Source: Owenia fusiformis
Lineage: Eukaryota
Assembly: GCA_903813345.2 (NCBI GenBank)
Contig: CAIIXF020000001.1
Coordinates: 31,744,001 to 31,808,000, forward strand
Direction of reading: 5' to 3'
Length of the DNA stretch: 64,000 nt
Below are positions 54,301 to 64,000 of this stretch, piece by piece (position 1 is the stretch's first letter; each line of letters opens with the position of its first letter). Under the pieces are notes generated by a model. It was not told where the DNA came from. It did no database searches and saw nothing but the letters and a program-made list of their open reading frames with translations. A program made the translations under genes and the position numbers.

Positions 54301-55241
54301 AAAAGCGAAAAACCTCGACCTCGGGCAATTTCTCAGATTTGTATGTCTTTTTTCATGTAAGTATTGTTATATGTTCAGTCTTTTTGATAAAATATAAATA
54401 CATGCATTGAAATATAAATATTATATGACATTACGCGAATATATAACTCCGTTTAATAGGTTTTAGTCGAATCTACCATATTATCGCCCAGCAATTTTGC
54501 CATTTTACAGGTCCTATTTATGAATTATATTCAGACTGACTAGTCAGTCTGTTGGATACATACTTCATATACAGGTAAAGTCGGTTACATGTTTAAAAAG
54601 CAAGAACTTAACTTCGACATATAAGTGTTACCTTACCTCACATGCCTTCCAAATGGTAGTAAACGAACTCCAGTGTAACTACATCAGCTTATCTTTCCGT
54701 CCAATCAATAAGTACAGTTATAAGTTCATTATAAGTACTGAACATGTGTAAAAATGAAATGTTTGTTTGATGCTCGGATGTTCACATTTTATTTAGCTCT
54801 AGTAAAATCATGGGCTCTACCATGGAGCCCATGGTAAAATGAACGAACAAACATTTCAGAATCAGAAATTAATAACTATTTTGCGTGTATACATGCGCTA
54901 TATAAATCAATCATAAGTACCTGTTATCCTCAAAATTGATCTTTTTATCCCGAGTAACCGCGATAATAGTTATCAATCTATTTGACAACACTTTCGCTCG
55001 CTTATAGTTTAATTTTACCGGGGACACTCGGACGAACAGAAACAATGACTGACATGTGGAAATGTCATTTTAAAGATTGTTAAGTGTAGCCTAATTTTAG
55101 TAGTATAAATGAACATTTAACACAATAATTTTGTGTTAAATCGCTTGATGTTATGTGTTTTTTATTAGTTACATGTTATCGCGGAAAAATTGTTTTGATG
55201 GATCAATAACTGGCAAGAGAATTCCTAATAGTAAAGAACAC

Positions 55242-55823
55242 TAGGGCTGCCATCATTAGTCGGAACGTCGACTTGTCAGTCAAAATGCAAGTTCGACAAC
55301 GAAGTCGACAAAATTCCCGTCATGTCGACAGCAAACGATATCAATACTTACTTGAAAATATCCAAATGGCCCCAATACATTTCAATACACATTTCAACGT
55401 GTTATGTGCGCGTATTCTGCGGAAATATTGTTCACATTCATTTCATTTTCAAAAAATAAATTCACCCGGAAGTTCCCTTCATGACTTCTCTTCTCTCTTG
55501 CGAGACGTTGTACGAGATTTCGCCCGAGCAGTCGAAATAAATCCCGGTCGAAACATTGCAGGTATTTGTCCCATTTTCGTCTATAATATTCTATTAACTT
55601 GGCATTTAGTAACAATATTAGGCAATTACATACCAATATGAATATAAGTTATATGAAGCTTTTCCCCGATAGTGTATAAAGTGTGTTAATGAACCAGATA
55701 AAAATGTCAACATAAATTCTTCGCCTGTTTACCGTACTTCCCTGGAAAGTTCGATTGTCGACAATATTTTCGACAGCAGAGTTCGACTGTCGACACTGAC
55801 ATTTGAGTTCGATGGCAGCCCTA
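55242..55823. mobile_element. Young non-autonomous hAT element
   Basis: Perfect 13-bp TIR TAGGGCTGCCATC; perfect 8-bp TSD AAGAACAC (55234-41, 55824-31); subterminal TCGAC repeats. Confidence 0.93.
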
Positions 55824-56780
55824 AAGAACACCGTTATTGAGTTAACGACATTGAACCAATCGAATCCTCGTATCCATTCAGATCATGTAGTCCAATTCAA
55901 AAACTTCCCGTTTGGTTATATGGTGAGGAAAATGTCCCACAAACGAAAAAAAATTTTGCTACATTTATAACGAGCATTGATTTCGGGGTCTGTAAAAAGC
56001 ACGTAGGACCTGATTATCCCATTGATTTACTGAGACCGCCAGAAACATAATTCAATTTTTGGGCTCAAAATTATAATCTGCCAGCAGTTCCTGACACTCC
56101 TACTAGCTATTACCAAACACTAATTGTTAGTACATGTACACATATCCATACCATACATCTACAAAGTAGCAAACTAGTGTTTTAAGTACTACTTTTCCTA
56201 TACCATGAACAAAAAATGTCAAGTAGGTTGTATTGACCCACAGTCAAGTGACCATCTCAGTCCCGGACATGTCAACATTTCTTTCGAAACTTACTTCCAT
56301 ATAACTTTACCAGGGTTTGAAATAGGAATTCAAAAAAAGTCACCTGTTTTATTTCTGGATTCCCGCCTTACTTAGCTCATCTTGATGACTTGAACTTGCA
56401 CAGCGCCGCTATATTAACATGAGTCTTATAGATATCTAGTATCATATCACACAAAATTATAACTGTAATTGTATCGATTAGCCTCAGTTGACAGCCTCAG
56501 TATTTTGTCAACTGGTAAGATCCAGTCAGAGTTTTGGCAATGGATGATGTGATCAGAATTAGATCTATGTACATCAATTTATACAATGGCCAATTAAACT
56601 GCACGATATGATCAAGTGATCAATCACAAGCACACATTTTCCAAGAGTTAACCAATGATGCCTGTTTATGAAGAAGTGATCTCATGACCTTCTGCCAAAG
56701 CGCTGGCTGCTTGTTCCCAATCCTGGTAAAATTATATGGAAGCAAGTTCCAAAAGTAACGTTGACTCAAGTCCATGGTCT

Positions 56781-57162
56781 CAGTCTGTAAGGCTGCTAGC
56801 AACCAGTTGAACCTAAAAATAAGAAATCTAAAGACTATTGTACAATAATGTATAGAAAATATATTCGTATTGCACACAAATGACATTAGTATATCATGGA
56901 TTGCTTGTGAATTTGCATATAAAGTCTGTAACCTCTTATAGTTTGATGCTTCTCTGTAATTTTGAAAGAAATAACGTGGGGGATAGACCTCATATTACTA
57001 GAGGGCACAGGTTTATTGCACTAAACACTAAATAATCTGATATATTCAAATGCTATTTGTGTGCAGTAAGAATATATTTTCTATATATATTATTGCACAA
57101 TAGTCTTTAGATTTCTTATAATTTACATTCAACTGATTGCTTTGAAGCAGCGTAACAGACTG
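56781..57162. mobile_element. Old fold-back MITE (~120-bp arms)
   Basis: ATAAGAAATCTAAAGACTATTGT.CAATAAT.TATAGAAAATATATTC is mirrored at ~57070-57120. Confidence 0.75.
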
Positions 57163-57837
57163 TACAGTAACCTACTATTCCGAGACACTGCATGGGAGTT
57201 CAAAAAACATTCACTGTTGATAGGTATTTTATACTAGAGAGATGTATTGACTAACTCAGGCTTTAATGCATAGGAAAGTAGCACAAAATCACTTCTAGAG
57301 AAGTGGTCATTACTTTTTGTGGAAAAATATTTTCAGAGCTTGTCAGCTAGAATAAAATGAGACTTTTAGAAATACTAAATCATAGAGAAAATTGAAAAAG
57401 AATATTCAGATGATTGTGGTAATTCTTAATAGGTCCTTACCCCAATGCTATATGCAAAGTTGAGAGTTGATGACATCACTTCCTGAGTGAAATTTCAAAA
57501 GATGGCAGCCTACTGGAATTGGGCACTTTATTTTAAGTGATCAATGTTGACCAAAACATTTTTCCATGTTTTTGTATATGGTTGTATCTCATACTTGAGT
57601 GGGTTTGGGATAGATATAATTTTTCAAAAGTTTAAAAGTTAAAATTCTTTTTAATTTTTTAGATTTTAAAAGTTTAAAATTTTTTGAAAAGTTTGAATGT
57701 TACAATTTCATTGTATTGAGCTGAAGAAATATTACGAAAATGCTAAATATGAATTGTGCTCTTACAATAGCTTTTTATTTGAAAACGGTAGAAAATGTAA
57801 TATCTACCCCAAACACACTCAAGTATGAGATACATCA

Positions 57838-58920
57838 GTTATGTACGGTCTGTTTTGGATATAGGGTATATCCCTCGGGAAATATTTATATCTCTCCTTG
57901 GTCCCTTCGGTCCCTCGGGAGATATAGAGATTATCCTATATGAGGTTCAGGATATTGGGATTATCCCGAGGCCAATATAATATATCTGCCCGAGGGCCGT
58001 AGGTCCCGAGGGTAGATATATTATATTGACCAAGGGATAATCCCAATATCCTGAACCGACTATAGGATGATCTGTTTATCCCATACCAATCACATTGTCC
58101 AATTGCCCACAGTTCAGAAACTCTGCAACCAACCGTGGAATTATTTTTAAATATTCATGTCCAGTTTTGTATTCTTGTCCGTAGCCGGATTTTCCTGTTC
58201 AAATCTTTGATTAATAACGGGGCATACTGCTCCTTCCCTTCTTTAGAGCATCAAACAGATCGCGATTGTCTTCGTTATTCTCCAATCTCGTCTACAGTAT
58301 GCGAACGTTACAAAAACGAACCAAGACGTGAACAGCGATTATGACGTAGCGGGCAGATATACTATATCTGCCCGCTCGGAGCGGGACGTAAAGCTATATC
58401 TGCCCGCTGATGAAAATATAAGGTTTTACAAACCGGCTTTATGTACCTGTAACACGTCCAAGTATGGGATAAATAGAGATTATCCTATATGAGGTTCAGG
58501 ATATTGGGATTATCCCGAGGCAAATTTAATATATTTGCCTGAGGGCCGCAGAAGATTCATGAAGATTCATGTCCAGTTTTGTTTTCTTGGCCGTGGGTGG
58601 ATTTTCCTGTTCTCTCAAATATTCCCATATTTATTTTCTCAATTTTTTGATTGATTAAGTGGATGCTCCTTGCTATCAAACAGATCCCGATTGTCTGTGT
58701 TTTCTCCATTATGAACAAATATGCGAGCGATGATTATGACGTAGCGGGCAGATATACTATATCTGCCCGCTCGGAGCGGGACGTAAAGCTATATCTGCCC
58801 GCTGATGAAAATATAAGTTTTTACAAACTGACTTTATGTACCTGTAACACGTCCAAGTATGGGATAAATAAACATATCCCTCAGGATATACCCTATATCC
58901 AAAACATCCCGGTACATAAC
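57838..58920. mobile_element. Palindromic host element (57838-57926 + 58871-58920) interrupted by a head-to-tail dimer (57927-58475, 58476-58870) of a related palindromic element; Crypton-like
   Basis: Removing the insert restores the hairpin GTTATGTAC..GGATATAGGGTATATCC..CCCTTCGGTCCCTCGG..GGATATACCCTATATCC..GTACATAAC; both units run GAGATTATCCTATATGAGGTTCAGG...AAGTATGGGATAAATA. Confidence 0.85.
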
Positions 58921-61641
58921 CCTTATATAGGTACCATATTAGGAGAAACATGGTCTGGCAAGAAATATCCCTTTAAAGCATGCAATTGAACGAAAAAGGA
59001 AGCTTTGTTTGGCAGAAATTCCTGGGAGGTTAATACAATTTTCATGAGTGGGAAAGGGTGGTGAATACAATTTTCGTGAGTGGGAAAGGGTGGTGAATAC
59101 GATTTTCTTGAGTGGGATTGGAAGGGACAATATGATTTTTTCAATTTCAAAAATATTCCCAATTGTTGTTCACCTGAAAGTGGTAGTATCATGGGATTAA
59201 TTGATATCCTTATCTTTAATTTATAGTTCAAACCAGCAGGACTTCATAAGAATGCAGAAGTAACTCTGATTGTAAACCCTATATTGATGGGAATCTACAA
59301 GGGATTTAGTCACTTCTGTATCTCACTTTGGAATTCATGGGGATTCTAGCCTTGCCCCATGCACATTTTCAACAGAACACGTCAGAAATTTATTTTATAC
59401 AATATATATATTATAATAATACATATTTGTCAGTGCAATGAAGTTTTCATGAAGACCCCCTTCCCTGTATTGAACTTGTAGTGAACAAAGGGCAGTAAGT
59501 CTTCATATAAACCTGTATCGAATAGATAAAACGATATAATAACATCTCTATATCAAGTCAGCAGTAGAAAAATATAAATGTATAAGTGTATGTTTGAAAG
59601 TCAAAAGATTATAAATCTATACATATACATTTTTAGTTACATCAGCAGTTGATAAATTGTAATTTAATATAAATAATTTAGATGATACAGACTAAACAAG
59701 GACTTTATGTCTACTTTAAATAACCATTTACAGCATCATGTTAGAGCTTATAGCTTTTTCATTTACAGATTTGATCTTGTTCTACCAGTGATCCACCACT
59801 TTTCTACAGCATGCAGTTCTGTCCTAATGCAGGTGAGTGTTATTATAACTTATAAGTGTAACATGTAATCTTTTATTTTAAATAGTTACCGGTAGTTGTT
59901 TATAATATGACAATATGTACAACATTTTGTTATATGGTCACTCAACTGTGTTTAAAGGGAATGAAACAGAAATTTAAATTTGATTGTTTTAAGTCATTCT
60001 TAAAAGATATGTTTATACCACTTTTCAGATATGCTGAAAATCTTTGTGTAATATACATAAATCAGTGCTTGTGCTAATATAATGATTGTTAATATTTTGA
60101 ATATCATGTGTAACTAGTGATCCAATTTGTGGAATATTGATTATCTTACTTCATTTTAGCACTGGGTTTTAAAAATGTATTTGTACCCATATTATGCACA
60201 ATTGTGAATTCCAGAACTTGTATTTTCTAATTAGAAGTAGTCCAAGGCAAGTAGAAGTAGATGTTTGTTTTACCTCTTGCCAAAATCCAAATGATGTAGA
60301 TTCTTTTAATCAGTTTTAAGGGCTGATAGTTGTAAGTGTCATCCTAAATAACTCTAAGTACCTTAAAATAATGATATGTAACTTGCACATTCAATAGACT
60401 CAGAGGATATAAACATTCGTGTCGAATCTTGGAAAAACTGTATATTTAGAAATGAAGTATTTAATGCTTTTTGGAACTTCTACTCTCTGGCATGTCTGGT
60501 CAGTATCAGAAGGGAATATAAATTACATGGTGATTACATGATGAATGACAATTGCAGCTTGTAGCCCCTTAAATCAGTAACAAAAACATTAAGAAACAAA
60601 AATCAGTGAATTGAATTGTTTGCCATTCTCTGAGAAATCTTGCAATTTAACCAAGGTCCAATTTACCATATACATGTACAGAGTACTGCTTTTCTAGATA
60701 CAAATTAGACGAAAACCAACTTTTTGGAATGTTCTGATATAGATAAAACTTTGTGAATACCATGCCTCTGTACATAATATACAGTGTCTATATACAAGCA
60801 TTTTACACTTATTTACATCCTTATTCCCTATTACAGAGAATAAGCCTAGATATATTGTTGAATTTACTTCACTTTGGATAAAAAGATGTCCTGAAACAAT
60901 TTGGATTTTTAAAATCATTTTTGCCTCATGTCAATTTTTGGATCTGGCCTTTTACAATGTTTCTCCCAAAGTAATATGAAATGACAATGATGATATTGTG
61001 CAGATAGATATTTCTATGACTAATAAACTACATGTACAATGTGTTTCAGTCATGCAAGAACCAATGCTCTTGAAGAATAAAAATGAATGACACAGATAAA
61101 TCTTGGCCATGTGTTGGTGCATTAGCAAGAATATAATATACATAAATATGCAGAAAGATGAGGTAGGCCGTATCTAGAATTATGGCATGTGGGTGTCATG
61201 AAAGACTCACTACCAAATCATACAAATCATATAGTAATTGCCCATTATCTTTAATGAATAGTTTTATACCTTTTTAATTTATACAATGAAAATACAAAGC
61301 TAAGATAAATAATGAAAATCACTCTTCTACACTATCAATGTGTACCCTCTAACAGCATGCCAAAATCTACAATTTTCTAATTATCCATCCATGCTCTACA
61401 TCAAAATTTGGCCCATTAAATGATTTGAAAATTGTAGATTTTAGTCTAGGGTGGTTAAGCATATTTACACTATTCTCATTTTGTATTATACACAATATAT
61501 TACCTGCAATATATCTTAGCAAATAAACAATATTAATATTGTACAAGTATATCACTGTATGGTCCAAAATATTTCCTTGAGCTGTCATTTTAAATGAGAC
61601 AATATATTTCAAAGTTGAATGCATACATTTACTGCAACCAC

Positions 61642-61804
61642 TTAAACAATCCTTGCTTCATAACGCAACACTTTATTCCATGACTCATCATCTCTTGTCT
61701 GGTATTGTTGCACCTTGGGTGTCTCACTAAATTGTTCGTTGTCATGGTAATTTGACTCTTGGATTTCTTTAGTACGTTTTTCAAGGTCTTTCTCTTCTAA
61801 TTTT
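61642..61804 (-). CDS. Terminal coding exon (cytoplasmic tail EKLEEKDLEKRTKEIQESNYHDNEQFSETPKVQQYQTRDDESWNKVLRYEARIV*) of the same protein
   Basis: CTTTTTCCAG| acceptor; phase-2 join GA+A=Glu keeps the frame open for 53 further codons to TAA. Confidence 0.78.
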
Positions 61805-62549
61805 CTGGAAAAAGAGATTCAAGTTTTACTAAGGAACAAGTTCTTCTGTGCTACTCAGTCTCTAAATTAAAAAAAATGATTGTCAAAAATTCTAGTCAAA
61901 AGGACCAGGTACATGTATGCTATGGAGGCATTCACATCTTTGACCACAAGTATTTTCTCACCATAAAGATGCCATTTCAGCTCATCAAAATAATATGTTT
62001 TCTTCCAAGTAAGGTCTCCCAAATGATAAGATAATCAATCTGGCTAACCCAAAAAACAATGGATTAGGACCTAACCTCAACACATTTTTCAAAATGTTGG
62101 ACTAATTTTCTCCAAAAAGGATCTTGTTTTTCTTATTTGTATTGCACAAAGGTAGAATGGCATTGAAAGTCTAGTTTAGAAGAAAAAATTGTGGTAACCA
62201 ATATTAGGCTGAAAATCTGGAAAATTGTTAATTTTTATAATTTACTCTCAATTCATCTCTTTGTCACTCCTTTAATGCATGCCTGTAGCCAGGGGGTTTG
62301 AGCGAACCCACCCCTTGGTCAAAAATTCTATCAATGCAGTTTTGCACCATTCTGAGCACTTTTCAGTGATTTTGGCCCATTAACCAAATATTCTTTCAAA
62401 ATCATGCAGTTTTGCAACATTCTGAGCACTTTTCAGTGATTTTGCCATTTTAAATTGTCAAGAGTGAACTCCCTGGAATTTTCCAAAAAGTCAACCCCCT
62501 TGGCAAATCTTAAATAAATTATAATTTTTTTTAGTGTATGTATACTTAC

Positions 62550-62647
62550 TCTTGTTTTCGGAGACTCAGGAACTTCACTAGAACTAAAATGAGCAGGATC
62601 ACACCTACCACTACGCTGCATACAATAACTATTATCACCCAGTTATT
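62550..62647 (-). CDS. Penultimate coding exon of an unidentified single-pass membrane protein (NNWVIIVIVCSVVVGVILLILVLVKFLSLRKQ)
   Basis: TTTGTTTGCAG| acceptor and |GTAAGT donor; ~22-residue hydrophobic helix followed by basic residues; the supplied ORF 62433..62621 is in a different frame. Confidence 0.8.
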
Positions 62648-62976
62648 CTGCAAACAAAAATCATGAGAAATGTTTAGTTTTAATATCTTTATGATGAATA
62701 TACCTTATGGGGTGAATTTTTGTAATTAAGCAGAATAAGCATTCAGGTTCAACTAATTAATGCACAGTAGGTCTATTGGAGCTAATTTTTGAAATAAATC
62801 CCAATAGACATCCAGTTTTAACCAGATCAAGGTAGCCCTAGTGGTATGAACTTTGGACATATTTGTTAATGCTGATCATGTTCAATCATAACAAAGTACT
62901 TTGGTACACATAAAAGCTTCAAACTAAGAAGAGATTCCTTTCATTCTAATACACTTGGTTTTGTCTATACCTATGA

Positions 62977-63078
62977 TAAGTCTTGCTTCAAGACCCTGGA
63001 ACCCCATCCTTATCTACTTTAACAACCTGTTGAAAAATAGATAAGGGGGGGGGGGCAGGGTCTTGAAGCAAGATTATA
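62977..63078. mobile_element. ~100-bp hairpin mini-MITE with 8-bp TSD
   Basis: TIR TCTTGCTTCAAGACCCTG / CAGGGTCTTGAAGCAAGA; ACCTATGA at 62969-76 and 63079-86. Confidence 0.8.
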
Positions 63079-63308
63079 ACCTATGATCTCCACATGATCA
63101 AGCTTGTTTGAGATATAGAATTATCAGTTACATACATGTACTAAAGGATATGATATGTCTTGCTGAAGATACCAAAATAAAAATAAATACTGTATTCTCT
63201 GTAATAAGCATCCAGGGCGGTTAGAAAATTTGAAGTACCTCCTTTTCAGACCATTTTAATGAGTGCCCATATATAAAAGAAGTCAAAAATCCCTTGGAAT
63301 TTCATATA

Positions 63309-63390
63309 CAGTAAAACCTGTGTATAGTGAACATTTTTTTGTTGCTGAAGAAAAATGTTCACTGTTGGTAGGTGTCCACTACAGTAAGGA
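63309..63390. mobile_element. Left end of a Tigger/pogo-like MITE
   Basis: TA|CAGTAAAACCTGTGTATAGTGAACA.. followed by TGTTCACT/TGTCCACT subterminal motifs; right end not seen. Confidence 0.5.
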
Positions 63391-63802
63391 TTTGATTTCG
63401 CGGCATTTTGTTGTATTATATAAAGAGCCTAGATATTAAACAAGCCTAAATAGAGGAGGGAATAACTGATTTAATTTGTATTTTATACCTATGATAACCC
63501 ATGACACTAGCAACAAATTTTTGTTCTTTGTTATGTTATACAAAGTTACTTATTTTAGACTGCCTGTCATCTGAATGGTTCATCCTTTCATTGTCAAAAA
63601 ATCTCTTTATGGTCCTTTAAATAGTGGAACTCATGACACATTTGAGTCAGTTAACGGATTTATTGAATTAATGAAACTACATGATGGAGTCAGTTAAGGG
63701 TGATCATTTTAATTTTAACCCAATTTGGTTTTTAAAATGATGTGGATGAGAAAAAGATTTAGTTGGGACTTAACAGGTAGAGATAGAAGTACTAATAATT
63801 AA

Positions 63803-64000
63803 CCAGGGGGTCATTAACAGAACTTTCGCAAAGTTACGAATTTGCAAGTCAATTGTTAATTTTATGAATTTGGTAAATGTGCATTAACAGAACTTTCGTA
63901 AAGTTACGAACGATTCGCAAAGTTACGAAAAAATGACGTCACGTATGCTTTCGTTCGTAACTTTAATAGCACCTCAGACCCTTTCATAACTTTGCGAATG
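63803..64000. mobile_element. Start of a CpG-rich MITE running off the window
   Basis: CCAGGGGGTCATTAACAGAACTTTCG and repeated AAAGTTACGAA motifs. Confidence 0.55.

Noticed and set aside
54637..54720. Upstream minus-strand exon ending GAG|GTAAGG
   Set aside because: The frame that would join exon 2 reads ATG TGA, and there is no convincing acceptor before the SPAG16 ATG
62433..62621. ORF MQRSGRCDPAHF...
   Set aside because: Wrong frame of the transmembrane exon; splicing it gives a stop after 7 codons

Overview
AT-rich genomic DNA from an intron-containing animal, probably a marine invertebrate; the species cannot be determined from this window. It has no prokaryotic features. The main gene is a complete 15-exon SPAG16/PF20 ortholog on the minus strand (54053->41410, 1857 nt, 618 aa; axonemal central-pair WD40 protein), rebuilt by hand with consistent splice phases. 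Its first intron (54016->50204) is a U12-type minor-spliceosome GT-AG intron packed with transposons. At the right end are the last two coding exons of an unidentified minus-strand single-pass membrane protein. The remainder is non-coding: a LINE 3' remnant, a ~348-bp tandem array, a tRNA-derived SINE, two inverted copies of an internally deleted mariner bracketing SPAG16 exons 2-15, many MITEs, and a nested head-to-tail dimer of a palindromic Crypton-like element. An isolated CpG-rich promoter-like island lies at ~11.8 kb within ~25 kb of CpG-poor sequence where I found no convincing coding exon. I found no clearly novel multi-gene system. Most supplied ORFs are spurious or exon/intron read-throughs.
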